Positions 54,868 to 64,000 of a stretch of 64,000 nucleotides of DNA are shown here, piece by piece (within the stretch, counting starts at the first letter, position 1; every line of letters begins with the position of its first letter). The notes under the pieces were generated by a model that had not been told where the DNA came from, did not search any database, and saw only the letters and a list, made by a program, of their open reading frames with translations. The translations under genes were made by a program, and so were the position numbers. Source of the DNA: a virus; IMG/VR virus record IMGVR_UViG_3300017989_000002, one strand, 5' to 3'.

Positions 54868-55160
54868 AGGACGTACCCGCGGGCGGCATCGTCCGGTGCG
54901 TCTGCGTCAAGGTGGAGGGGTCGACGACCGGGTTGGCCGCGACCCTCCACCTGTACGCGAGCAACGGCGCCCACGTGGGGGAGACCAGGCTGGCTGGCTT
55001 CTCCGAAGAGACCGTGTCCCTGCTGACCCAGCTTCGGGAGAGCATCGAGGGCGACTTTGTCGAGTTCCTGGGGGGCTCGGCACAGCCGTCCGAAGCCTCT
55101 CCCTTCGACATCCAACTGCCCCCAGAGAACGGACCCCGCTCGTTCGGGCCGAACTCCTAG
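54864..55160 (+). CDS. Hypothetical protein
   Basis: GGAGGT RBS, ATGA overlap. Confidence 0.65.
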   Translation: MKDVPAGGIVRCVCVKVEGSTTGLAATLHLYASNGAHVGETRLAGFSEETVSLLTQLRESIEGDFVEFLGGSAQPSEASPFDIQLPPENGPRSFGPNS

Positions 55161-55176
55161 ACGCTCCGAGGCCCTC

Positions 55177-56529
55177 ATGAACTACGACATGGCGTTGATC
55201 TCCCACGTCATCGAGAACCGCAACCTGCAAGACGTCATCCAGCTTGGCCTCACCTCCGACATGCTGAACGAAGAGGCCAAGGCGTACTGGGACTTCCTCC
55301 ACGCGCACTACGCCAAGTTCCATGAGGTGCCGAGCGTCCGGTACTTCCAGGACCACTTCCCGGGGTACGAGCACGACGTGACGTCGGACGGGCTGCCCGC
55401 CATCGTCCACAACATCAAGAGCCTGCTGCTGGCTCACGAGCTGGACGACACGGCACGGAAGGTGGCCGAGCTCGCGATGCAAGACCCCTGGGCGGCCAAA
55501 CAGCTGCTCATGTCGAACGTGTCCGACATCGCGGCACGGCACCAGCAGGAGGACACCGACCTGCTCGCGGGCGACAACATCGACGAGGTGATGACCCTCA
55601 TCCAGAAGGTCAAGGAGACGGGCGGCCTGCTGGGGTACCCCTGGCCGTGGGACCTGTTCAACAGGCACACGCCAGGCCTCTGCGGCGGACACTTCGTCTA
55701 CATCTACGGCCCCGAGAAGAGCAAGAAGTCCTGGCTGCTCACCTTCCTCATCGACTTCTTCGAGGACCTGGGGCTCCGGCTCTCGGTGCACAACCGAGAG
55801 ATGAGCAACCAGGAGTTCAGCCTCCGCCTCTACTGCATGCGCGCCCAGCTCGACTACGGGCGCTGCATCACCGAAGGCAAGATCACGCCGCAGGAGGAGC
55901 ACCGCCTCCGCCTCGTGATCCAGGGCTTCAAGTCGCGCGGCCGCATCCTCTTCACGAACGTCGAGGAGGGCATCACCGGCGTCCAAGCGAAGATGGAGCA
56001 GCACCGTCCGCACATCATCATCCACGACTACATGAAGGCGCTCGCCGACGACGCGATGGCGGGCGCGAAGTCCAACGCTGGGAAGGACCACGCCTTCGTG
56101 GCCAAGGCCGCCGACCACCTGGCGTCCTACTCCAAGCAGAAGGACATCCCCATCATCGCGGTCGGCCACACCAACGCCGATGAGGCGAAGCTGCAAGGCC
56201 GGAGCACGCAGGACGCTGCGCACTCCAAGCACATCGCCCGCCGCCTCGACTACATGTTCCGCGTGGTCAACGACGAGTACCACAACCGCATCGCCCTCAT
56301 CTTGGTTGCAGGCCGTCATGCCAGGAAGTTCCTGGGCCTGACGATGAGCGGCTCCATCTGCAACGGCTTCGGCCACATGATCGAGGAGAACGCGACCTGG
56401 GTGAAGGACTTCGACGTCCTCACGCAAGGCGAAGACGAAGCGAAGAAGGGCAAGCCCAAGGTCGAAGGGTCCGGGGTGAAGGCCAAGATCTCGGCGGCAT
56501 CGTTCGCCACAAGTGCGAGGCGCTCATGA
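55177..56529 (+). CDS. DnaB-like (SF4) replicative helicase
   Basis: GYPWPW...TPGL-x-GG, Walker A YGPEKSKKS, NREMS, Walker B IIHDYM, IPIIAVGHTN. Confidence 0.75.
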   Translation: MNYDMALISHVIENRNLQDVIQLGLTSDMLNEEAKAYWDFLHAHYAKFHEVPSVRYFQDHFPGYEHDVTSDGLPAIVHNIKSLLLAHELDDTARKVAELAMQDPWAAKQLLMSNVSDIAARHQQEDTDLLAGDNIDEVMTLIQKVKETGGLLGYPWPWDLFNRHTPGLCGGHFVYIYGPEKSKKSWLLTFLIDFFEDLGLRLSVHNREMSNQEFSLRLYCMRAQLDYGRCITEGKITPQEEHRLRLVIQGFKSRGRILFTNVEEGITGVQAKMEQHRPHIIIHDYMKALADDAMAGAKSNAGKDHAFVAKAADHLASYSKQKDIPIIAVGHTNADEAKLQGRSTQDAAHSKHIARRLDYMFRVVNDEYHNRIALILVAGRHARKFLGLTMSGSICNGFGHMIEENATWVKDFDVLTQGEDEAKKGKPKVEGSGVKAKISAASFATSARRS

Positions 56530-57644
56530 GTGAACCGCTCGAACTGTACCGTCCGTACGTCGAGAACATCCAGGAGAGCGGCGACACCCACTACCGAGGC
56601 ACCTGCCCTTGCCCACGCAAGAGCAAGCGCTCCTTCCACTTCCACAAGGACACGGGGTACTACGGCTGCTGGTCGTGCGATGACCACGGCTCGCTGTACA
56701 AGTTCCTCACGTCCAAGGGCATGGACGTCGGCCGAGCGAAGAGCATCTCGCAGGAGGTCCGCGACAGCGCGCCCTCCGAGGTGATCCAGCTCAAGCGCAA
56801 GCAGGCCGCGGCAGTGGCCCGGAACGACATCCTCCCCGACTACGTGCTGGCCGAGTTCCACAACTGCCCGGTGGCGCTGCTCGAAGCAGGGTTCCCTGAG
56901 CAGCTGCTCGAGCGGTACGACGTCGGGTTCGACGTGGCGCGGCAGCGCATCACGTTCGGGATCCGGGACAAGGAGGGGAACCTGGTGGGGGTCAGTGGAC
57001 GTGCCGCCCTCGCCGACCAGGTGCCCAAGTACAAGGTGTACGACGCCAGGCCAGCGGAGCCTCACAGGAACAGGCCGGAGGGGGCGCTGAGGCAGTACAA
57101 GGAGGACTACGTCCCCCGCAACAAGGCGCACCTGTACGGGGCTCATACGTTCTGGGGACTTCGGTCGCATAAGAGGCTGGACGGAGAGGTTCCGATTCCT
57201 GTCGTCATCACGGAGGGGTACAAGTCGACCCTCTGGATGCGGCACCTGGACTTCCAGTACTCGGTCGGCCTTCAAGGCTCGCTCATGACGCGCGAGCAGA
57301 TGGCCGTCCTCCTGGAGCTCGGGGGTCCCTTCGTTGTCCTGCTCGACTACGAGCCGGGGAAGCAGTTCCCCGACCCCGACCAGATGAAGAAGAGGGCGAA
57401 GCTGCTCCTGAACAAGCAGTTCCGGGAAGCGGACAGAACCCGTCCATGTGACGCAGTACAGATTGCTCTGTGGCTGCAGCGCAAGGGAGCGTCCGCCCTC
57501 ATCGGCAAGTACCCGCCCGACAGTCCCGTCGGCACCGCACCAGACGACCTGGCCAAGGACCAGCTCACCTACGCAATCGAGAACGCAGCAACACCCACCA
57601 GCGTCGTCCTTGACGGCGCACGACACGCGAGAACAGGAGGCTGA
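56526..57644 (+). CDS. DnaG-like DNA primase
   Basis: N-terminal CPC...CWSC Zn finger, GNLVGVSGR, PKY, TOPRIM ITEGYK...LLDYE. Confidence 0.8.
   Translation: MSEPLELYRPYVENIQESGDTHYRGTCPCPRKSKRSFHFHKDTGYYGCWSCDDHGSLYKFLTSKGMDVGRAKSISQEVRDSAPSEVIQLKRKQAAAVARNDILPDYVLAEFHNCPVALLEAGFPEQLLERYDVGFDVARQRITFGIRDKEGNLVGVSGRAALADQVPKYKVYDARPAEPHRNRPEGALRQYKEDYVPRNKAHLYGAHTFWGLRSHKRLDGEVPIPVVITEGYKSTLWMRHLDFQYSVGLQGSLMTREQMAVLLELGGPFVVLLDYEPGKQFPDPDQMKKRAKLLLNKQFREADRTRPCDAVQIALWLQRKGASALIGKYPPDSPVGTAPDDLAKDQLTYAIENAATPTSVVLDGARHARTGG
57166..57182 (+). promoter_or_regulatory. Internal copy of promoter motif within primase gene
   Basis: CGCATAAGaggcTGGAC in a patch of atypical low-GC3 codons; could drive the downstream SSB. 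Confidence 0.4.
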
Positions 57645-57645
57645 G

Positions 57646-58869
57646 ATGGCCGGATGGAGTGACTACCGGCAGCGCACCGCTGCCAACATGCGAAGCAAGA
57701 GCAAGCGGAGGTACCCGCCCTGGCAGGCCGGCGTCCTCATGGTGAACGCCGGCGAGGAGTTCCAGGTCGCCCTGGTCGACATGCCGCCGCACCCGCGGCC
57801 GCACCACTGGACCCGCTTCCCGCACGAGTGCACGGCGTCCAACCCCCTCTTCGAGGGCAAGTGCGTCTTCTGCTTCGACGCGGCCGAGAAGGACGCGGAC
57901 AACGAGAAGCTGGAGGCGAAGGGACTCGACCCCGAGCAGTACAAGCACTGGCTGCGCGACGGCCTCGTGCTGCCGGTCGTCGACTACCGGATGCACCACT
58001 TCGTGCCGGACCCGAAGAAGGACGGCAAGTTCATGGTCGCGGCGTGCGCGTACCCGGACAAGGACATCCCCAAGGGCGCCCCGACCGGCATGTGCTCGCA
58101 CTGCAACCACAAGGACCCCTACGTCGCCGAGCGTCGGTTCCTGGGGATGCGGCGCTGGGAGGTCGGGACGACCAGCGAGCTGTGGAACATCATCATCGCC
58201 GCCGACCGCCGGGCGAACCAGGTCTGCATGCACGAGTACAAGGACGGGTCCATCTGCCGCGGGAAGAACTTCCTCACGCAGATCATCTGCCCCGAGTGCG
58301 GCACGGAGTTCATGAACTCCGAGCAGATCCACGCGGACGCGCAGGGCGCTGCGGAGCTCGCCGAGAAGGTCGTGTCCTGCACGAGCTGTGACTGGAAGGG
58401 CAAGCCGTACAGCGCGTACACCTGCATGAACGCGGTGAAGCGCGGCACCGACGACTGTGCCGAGCACATGGCCAGGCCGGGCACGCTGGCCGACGGCGTG
58501 GTGAACATCACCTGCCGCGGCGAGACGCGTCAGGGCGGACAGGTGGTGCGGAAGTACACGGTGGACGCGGTGCTGACCGAGGACAAGGTCGGGCGCCTGG
58601 TGGAGGGCTTCGGGTACGACCCCGATGCCGCCAAGGCCTTGCTGTCCGGCAAGGACATCGACCTCGACCGTCAGTACCTGCCCGAGCGCAAGAACCCCGA
58701 CGACGACGCGTTCAACAAGAACGGCGCGTTCAACAAGGAGGAGTACGTCAAGGCGGTCCTGCAGGCGCAGGCCGAGGACCTCGGCATCAACAACCCCTAC
58801 GTGGCGGGCGGCGGCTCCCACGTTCCCTTCGGCGGCAAGTCGCGCTCCTACGAGGGGGCGCGGGACTGA
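57646..58869 (+). CDS. Putative ssDNA-binding protein (gp32-like) with multiple Zn ribbons
   Basis: AGGAGG RBS; HEC...CVFC, CSHC, CPEC, CTSC; after primase; flexible C-tail with VPF. Confidence 0.55.
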   Translation: MAGWSDYRQRTAANMRSKSKRRYPPWQAGVLMVNAGEEFQVALVDMPPHPRPHHWTRFPHECTASNPLFEGKCVFCFDAAEKDADNEKLEAKGLDPEQYKHWLRDGLVLPVVDYRMHHFVPDPKKDGKFMVAACAYPDKDIPKGAPTGMCSHCNHKDPYVAERRFLGMRRWEVGTTSELWNIIIAADRRANQVCMHEYKDGSICRGKNFLTQIICPECGTEFMNSEQIHADAQGAAELAEKVVSCTSCDWKGKPYSAYTCMNAVKRGTDDCAEHMARPGTLADGVVNITCRGETRQGGQVVRKYTVDAVLTEDKVGRLVEGFGYDPDAAKALLSGKDIDLDRQYLPERKNPDDDAFNKNGAFNKEEYVKAVLQAQAEDLGINNPYVAGGGSHVPFGGKSRSYEGARD

Positions 58870-58888
58870 CCCGCCTCCCTTCATCTCG

Positions 58889-58917
58889 GCGGCCGGGGAC
58901 ACTCTCCCCGGCCGCCC
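58889..58917 (+). terminator. GC hairpin after SSB gene
   Basis: GGCGGCCGGGGA-cactc-TCCCCGGCCGCC. Confidence 0.5.
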
Positions 58918-58930
58918 CAGGAGCGACCTC

Positions 58931-60130
58931 ATGTTCACGATCGACATCCAGCGCAGCCTCATCCAGAACGGCGACGCCATCATCAAGTGCGAAGACGACA
59001 TGCTGTACTTCGGCGGCTCCAACTGGCTCCTCGCCTCCCCCATCCCGGCCACCGACATCATCCCGGCGCAGACGGCCGAGTTCCTCAAGGCGTTCTTCAC
59101 CGACCACCCCACCCGCGGCGCGGACATGGCCGTTCTGACCGCGGACCCGAAGTCGTTCGTCCGCCACGAGACCGGCCACAGCCACGAGTACCTGTTCCAG
59201 CCCGTCGGCGGCTTCCGCCCCACGGAGCTCTCGAACCACGCCTGGCACACCAAGGCCAGCAGCCCTCGCATGAACATCGAGACGGCCTCGCCGTCCCTGT
59301 TCGCGCCCGACCTCGTCGACCTCACCGCTCTGTGGAAGTCCGGCGACGTTCAGCCCTTCTACGGCGAGGCGGACGAGACCCGAAGTCTGAGCAAGCACCA
59401 GGCCGAGACCTTCCTCTTCCGGTTCAAGGCGCCCAGCGGACTGCAGCGCCTCGTGCACGTCGAGGCCGGTCCCTGGAAGGCGCTGCACGCTCTGGGTCTC
59501 CGGGCCTACGTGCCTGCCGACCAGCCGCACGCCGGGATCCCGCCCATCGGGTTCCGTCATGCCGACGACCCCAGCAAGCTGTTCGGCTTCCTCGAGCAGG
59601 TGACGCTGCCGACGACGCACTCCGATGACGGGCGGGACATGCTGTACAGCCCGCTGTCCTGCAGCTGGGCGACCGAGGAGTGGCTGCTCCGCGAGCTGGC
59701 AAAGCACCACGACGTGCGCCTCGACCAGCCGGCGCTCGTCAGCCTGGACCAGATCCTCGAGGCATCCAAGGCAGGCCCCTCCTGCGGCATCATCCCGCGC
59801 CGCTTCCGCGCCGCCGTCGACGTCCTGCGGTGGCGTGGCGTGAGCGAGGAGGAGATCTCCTCGTGGTTCGAGGAGAAGCTGCCTGGCGTCTACTACGAGA
59901 TGGCGCGGGGCGCGGCCAAGACGGCGCTCGACGTCGCCGACAGCCGCTTCCGCTACGTGACGGCGGGGATGCGGGACAACGAGGCGCGCACGAGCATCAT
60001 GCGCACACGCGACGAGCTCGAGCGGTGGTGGGGTTGGATGCCCTACGCAGCAGGTCAGCAGGTCATCAACGACGCCGTGAGCCTCCTCGACCAGAAGCTG
60101 GACGAGGCCCCCGGCGAGCCCACCGAGTAG
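58931..60130 (+). CDS. Hypothetical protein (MFTIDIQR...)
   Basis: AGGAG RBS; high GC3. Confidence 0.7.
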   Translation: MFTIDIQRSLIQNGDAIIKCEDDMLYFGGSNWLLASPIPATDIIPAQTAEFLKAFFTDHPTRGADMAVLTADPKSFVRHETGHSHEYLFQPVGGFRPTELSNHAWHTKASSPRMNIETASPSLFAPDLVDLTALWKSGDVQPFYGEADETRSLSKHQAETFLFRFKAPSGLQRLVHVEAGPWKALHALGLRAYVPADQPHAGIPPIGFRHADDPSKLFGFLEQVTLPTTHSDDGRDMLYSPLSCSWATEEWLLRELAKHHDVRLDQPALVSLDQILEASKAGPSCGIIPRRFRAAVDVLRWRGVSEEEISSWFEEKLPGVYYEMARGAAKTALDVADSRFRYVTAGMRDNEARTSIMRTRDELERWWGWMPYAAGQQVINDAVSLLDQKLDEAPGEPTE

Positions 60131-60140
60131 GAGGCACCAC

Positions 60141-62135
60141 ATGAGGTTCATCGAAGACGTGCCGCCCGTGATCGAAGTGGGCGAGCACAACCTGGACGAG
60201 GTGTTCGAGCGGTGCTGGTACTACGACCAGATGGTCGGCCTGGATACCGAGACCCTCGGCAAGGGGCACCTCAAGACCGACGACCAGATCATCTGCATGA
60301 GCCTCTGCCCGGATGCGGAGGCCCGGTACTACGTGCCGCGGCCTCTCATCCGCCGCTTCCAGCCCCTGCTGGAGCGCGAGGACATCACGTGGGCCATCTT
60401 CAACGCCAAGTTCGACGTCCACCGCTTCGCCAACATGGGCATCCATGTCGGGGGGCGGTGGGCGGACGGCAATGTCCTCGACTGGTTGTTCGATGAGGAC
60501 CTCCGCGAGAACCGGCACGGCCTCAAGGAGTGCAGCGACGACTACCTCGGCATCCCGACCCACAGCTTCAAGCACCTGTTCGGCCGGGACAACATGGTGG
60601 ACGTCGCTACGCCAGGACACCCCAAGTACGAGCTCTTCGTCGACTACGCCGCGCTCGATGCCTGGCTGCACCGCGAGTGCTGCCTCCTGCTGTTGGACAA
60701 GCTCTCCGACCTCGTGAAGTGGCACGACAAGCCCGACGAGACCCTCATGTACCAGTACTGGTACGAGGAGGAGCCGCAGCTGCAGACGCTGTACAAGATG
60801 GAGCGCCGCGGCCTGGACACCGACGCAGGCCTCTTCGCCGCGATGCGCAAGAGGGTCGAGGCCGACATGGCCGTGGTCGCTGCTCGCATCAACTCGAAGC
60901 TGGGACGGCCCTTCAACCCGAACAGCACGCCGCAGAAGCAGGAGCTCCTGTACGCAGACCCGCCGCGCGGCCTCGGGCTGCCCGTGAAGCGCAAGACCAA
61001 GTCCGGCAACGGAGGGTCCACCGACGCGAAGACGATGGAGATGTACGCCGGCATGGGCGTCGAGGTCTGCCAGGACCTCGTGGAGTGGTCCGAGCTCGCG
61101 AAGCTCGAGGGCTACGTCAAGGGCCTACCGAAGCACATCTCCAAGAACACGGGACGCATCCACACCAAGTTCAGCCCCATCAAGGTGACCGGACGACTGT
61201 CCAGCGCCGAGCCGAACCTGCAGAACATCCCGCGGAAGGACAACGACAAGTACGGCATCCGAGGACTCCTCGTCGCACCGACCGACATGGGCGAGGAGTA
61301 CGTGCTCATCGTCGCCGACTACGCCCAGCTGGAGATGCGGGTGTTGGCCGACATCAGCGGCGACGAGACGATGATCAAGGGCATCATCGACGGCCTCGAC
61401 ATGCACTCGTACACGGCCGCCAACATGAACGAGATGGACTACGACGAGTTCGTGGCCCACGTGAAGGAGGGCAAGGCCAAGGAGAAGCTGCAGGCCGAGC
61501 TCCGAGACAGCGGCGTCCACGAGAACGACTACCCGGGAGAGGCGCGTCTCCTCGAGCGCGAGGTCTGGGCCATGGGCATGCGGACAGCAGCCAAGGCCAT
61601 CGGCTTCGGCATCGTCTACGGCATCACCGAGCACGGCCTGGCCGTTCAGCTCACCGAAGCCCTCGGACGTCCGGTCTCCAAGGAAGAGGCCCTGTCGATG
61701 ATCGAGATGTACCTGGACACCTTCCCCGGCGTCCGTGGCTACATGGAGACCACGAAGAAGACGGCGCGTCGCAGAGGGCGCGTGCAGACCTACCGTGGCC
61801 GCTTCCGTCGTCTGTCCAAGGCCAAGTCCCACCGCATGAGCGAGGTCCGTCGCGCTCTGCGCCAGGCCATCAACGCGCGCATCCAGGGCAGTGCCCACGA
61901 CATCGTGAAGCGCGCGATGCTGTACTGCGAGTTCGACTCGTACCTCCGGGTCGACCTCAAGGCCGAGATGGTGCTGCAGGTGCACGACGAGCTCATCTGG
62001 CGGTGTCCGCGGCGTACGGCCGACGAGGCCGTCGAGATCATCCAGCACCACATGGAGCACCCGTTCAAGAACCCCCTCCGCGTGCCTCTCATCGCGGAGC
62101 CGTCCATCGTGACCCGATGGTCGGATGCCAAGTGA
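60141..62135 (+). CDS. polA: Family A DNA polymerase (3'-5' exo plus polymerase, no 5' exo)
   Basis: Exo I LDTET, Exo II NAKFD, Exo III YAALDA; TGRLSS-x-EPNLQNIP, ADYAQLEMR, RTAAKAIGFGIVYG, QGSAHD, QVHDEL. Confidence 0.95.
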   Translation: MRFIEDVPPVIEVGEHNLDEVFERCWYYDQMVGLDTETLGKGHLKTDDQIICMSLCPDAEARYYVPRPLIRRFQPLLEREDITWAIFNAKFDVHRFANMGIHVGGRWADGNVLDWLFDEDLRENRHGLKECSDDYLGIPTHSFKHLFGRDNMVDVATPGHPKYELFVDYAALDAWLHRECCLLLLDKLSDLVKWHDKPDETLMYQYWYEEEPQLQTLYKMERRGLDTDAGLFAAMRKRVEADMAVVAARINSKLGRPFNPNSTPQKQELLYADPPRGLGLPVKRKTKSGNGGSTDAKTMEMYAGMGVEVCQDLVEWSELAKLEGYVKGLPKHISKNTGRIHTKFSPIKVTGRLSSAEPNLQNIPRKDNDKYGIRGLLVAPTDMGEEYVLIVADYAQLEMRVLADISGDETMIKGIIDGLDMHSYTAANMNEMDYDEFVAHVKEGKAKEKLQAELRDSGVHENDYPGEARLLEREVWAMGMRTAAKAIGFGIVYGITEHGLAVQLTEALGRPVSKEEALSMIEMYLDTFPGVRGYMETTKKTARRRGRVQTYRGRFRRLSKAKSHRMSEVRRALRQAINARIQGSAHDIVKRAMLYCEFDSYLRVDLKAEMVLQVHDELIWRCPRRTADEAVEIIQHHMEHPFKNPLRVPLIAEPSIVTRWSDAK

Positions 62136-62149
62136 CCCAGGAGACCAGC

Positions 62150-62332
62150 ATGGCTGACATGGAGAAGTACGGCGTCGTCGACACCGAGCAGGAGAAGACG
62201 GCGGCCTCGAAGGCGAAGAAGCAGATCGAGAAGGCTGGCGCCAAGCGCGCCGGGCCGGGTGCTGTTCCGGACGCGGACGCGTTCAAGAACAAGCTCGGCA
62301 AGCCGCCCACCAAGAAGCCCAAGGAGGACTGA
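62150..62332 (+). CDS. Small Lys-rich protein with EKTAAS motif (MADMEKYG...)
   Basis: AGGAG RBS; fills gap between polA and recA. Confidence 0.65.
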   Translation: MADMEKYGVVDTEQEKTAASKAKKQIEKAGAKRAGPGAVPDADAFKNKLGKPPTKKPKED

Positions 62333-62333
62333 C

Positions 62334-63407
62334 ATGGCCGCCCGCAAGACCCCAGAGCATGCCTTCGAGTTCGGAGCCTCCAAGAAGGAGCGCGACGCCC
62401 ACATCAAGAAGCTCATCAAGGACTCGAAGCAGGACCTCGCGGTCCTGGGGAAGATGCCCATCCGAGACGTCACGGTGATCCCGACCGGGAGCATCCGGCT
62501 GGACGTCGGGCTGGGCATCGGCGGGTGGCCCATCCACCGGGTCGTCGAGATCTTCGGAGCGGAGGGCTCGGGCAAGACCACCCTCGCCCTCCAGGCCGCG
62601 GCGAACTGCCAGAAGATGGGCGGCATCGTGGCCTTCGTCGACGCCGAGCACGCGCTCAACGTGGAGTACGCCAAGGACCTCGGCTGCGACCTGGACGAGA
62701 TGCTCATCAAGCAGCCCGACAACGGCGAGCAGGCGATGGAGGTCGTCCTCGAGCTCGTGCCCAAGGTCAACCTCATCGTTGTCGACAGCGTGGCGGCGCT
62801 CACACCCAAGGCCGAGCTCGAGGGAGACATCGGAGACCACCACCCTGGCGCGCAGGCGCGGCTCATGTCGCAGAGCCTCCGCAAGATCACGGCAGCCATC
62901 GGCAGGAGCCAGTGCTGCGTCATCTTCCTCAACCAGACGCGGCAGAAGATCGGCGTGAAGTTCGGCTCTCCGAAGACCACGTCGGGAGGCAACGCCCTGA
63001 AGTTCTACGCCTCCATCCGGTGCGAGGTCGTCCGCATCGGGAACGTGAAGGAGGGGGACATCACCGTCGGACAGCGCGACAAGGTGACCGTCCTGAAGAA
63101 CAAGCTGTCCCCTCCCTACCGAGTCGTGGAGTTCGACCTCATCTTCGGGGAAGGCACCTCCATCCTCGGAGAGTGCATCGACATCGGGCTGGAGATCGGG
63201 GCGCTCGACCGGAGCGGCTCCTGGTACAGCTTCGGCGACGTCTCGGTGCTCGGAACCGAGCTCTCGGCCATCGCAGGGAGTCGCATCGGACAGGGTCGCG
63301 TGCACGCGAAGCACACCCTCAAGAAGCACCCCGAGTTCATCGACCGCATGCGCGAAATCGCGCTGCGTGAGCTGCGCACCAGCCGCGCAGACCCCGAAGA
63401 CGACTGA
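62334..63407 (+). CDS. recA: Recombinase RecA
   Basis: [67 protein letters not shown]. Confidence 0.97.
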   Translation: MAARKTPEHAFEFGASKKERDAHIKKLIKDSKQDLAVLGKMPIRDVTVIPTGSIRLDVGLGIGGWPIHRVVEIFGAEGSGKTTLALQAAANCQKMGGIVAFVDAEHALNVEYAKDLGCDLDEMLIKQPDNGEQAMEVVLELVPKVNLIVVDSVAALTPKAELEGDIGDHHPGAQARLMSQSLRKITAAIGRSQCCVIFLNQTRQKIGVKFGSPKTTSGGNALKFYASIRCEVVRIGNVKEGDITVGQRDKVTVLKNKLSPPYRVVEFDLIFGEGTSILGECIDIGLEIGALDRSGSWYSFGDVSVLGTELSAIAGSRIGQGRVHAKHTLKKHPEFIDRMREIALRELRTSRADPEDD

Positions 63408-63415
63408 GGTGACTG

Positions 63416-64000
63416 ATGGACTTGCCGCCCGGCGTCTACCGCAAGGTTCGGTGCCGCCACTGCTGCGTGAAGGGGACCGTGACCGTCCACGACGACGGGC
63501 GCGTGACCGAGAACCACAAGCACCGGGGCTGGTGCAAGCACGCTCCGGTGCAGCCCGAGCACTTCAAGAAGCGGAGGAAGCGCGTCCAGCGCCAGGAGGT
63601 CGACCTCGCCGAGGCTGCCGCCGGCCTGGTGCGTCTGACCCCCGCCTCGGGAGCCCTGAACGCCGACAACGACGCCCGCATGGTCGGCGGATGGCGCTTC
63701 GAGGCCAAGAGCACGGAGAAGGAACGCTGGGTGGTGACGCCCAAGTTCTGGTCCACGCTCTGCGAGCGCGGCCTCCGCAACGACGAGGAGCCGATGCTCG
63801 TCGTCGACTTCCTCACCCAGAACAGCTCGACGGAGCGCCTGTCCCTCATCCGCCGCGCGGCGTGGGACGGCGACGTCGGGGCTCCTCTCGAGACGACGGA
63901 CCCGTTGGCTCGAACCACCTACCACATGAAGCCTCTGCCGCGTGAGCCTCGCGCGGTGCCGGGCCTCGAGCCTCCCGCCGTCGTGCTCCCGTTCGACACG
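63416..64000 (+). CDS. PD-(D/E)xK nuclease, putative Holliday junction resolvase (runs off window end)
   Basis: N-terminal CRHC/HxxxC; QE...PASGA...ND...FEAKST...PMLVVDF; not in ORF track because there is no stop. Confidence 0.7.
   Translation, partial: MDLPPGVYRKVRCRHCCVKGTVTVHDDGRVTENHKHRGWCKHAPVQPEHFKKRRKRVQRQEVDLAEAAAGLVRLTPASGALNADNDARMVGGWRFEAKSTEKERWVVTPKFWSTLCERGLRNDEEPMLVVDFLTQNSSTERLSLIRRAAWDGDVGAPLETTDPLARTTYHMKPLPREPRAVPGLEPPAVVLPFDT

Larger units (their letters stand above)
1..64000. mobile_element. Segment of a large (jumbo-like) contractile-tailed bacteriophage genome
   Basis: Terminase, portal, capsid, protease, sheath, tube and spike genes plus its own RNAP and replisome; no bacterial housekeeping context; no integrase or att site seen. 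Confidence 0.93.

Noticed and set aside
1-64000. tRNA, rRNA, introns/inteins, alternative genetic code
   Set aside because: No recognisable tRNA or rRNA signatures by eye; RNAP, TerL, PolA and RecA are uninterrupted; TAG, TGA and TAA all serve as ordinary stops
1-64000. Host assignment
   Set aside because: High GC and TAGGNT elements fit several phyla (Myxococcota, Actinomycetota and others); would need RecA/RNAP phylogeny or CRISPR spacer matches

Overview
This 64 kb, GC-rich window is a segment of a large, probably jumbo-class, contractile-tailed (myovirus-like) dsDNA phage genome, not a bacterial chromosome. It has three blocks. (1) About 1-9.2 kb is a mostly + strand array of small, translationally coupled hypothetical genes, likely early or accessory. 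(2) About 9.2-50.9 kb is an almost continuous - strand morphogenesis region: tail tube, tail sheath, neck proteins, major capsid protein, scaffolds, prohead protease, large terminase, baseplate spike and portal. Embedded in it is a 2067-aa single-polypeptide fused beta/beta' RNA polymerase. (3) About 51-64 kb is a + strand replication/recombination operon: XRE regulator, SF2 helicase, family-4 UDG, DnaB-like helicase, primase, Zn-rich SSB, family A DNA polymerase, RecA and a PD-(D/E)xK nuclease. The most notable unexplained signal is a short peptide motif, (E)-K-x-A-(S/A), often in the form F/Y-x-x-E-L/M-E-K-x-A. It recurs in about 19 head-region proteins and often separates acidic leaders from basic, glycine-zipper cargo, which suggests a capsid-targeting and protease-maturation code. 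Two promoter classes also stand out: CGCAYAAG-N4-TGGAG before + strand operons, and TAGGNT/sigma70-like elements before - strand genes. No rRNA, tRNA, CRISPR array, integrase or transposase was seen. All functional calls come from motif recognition by eye; no database searches were run.
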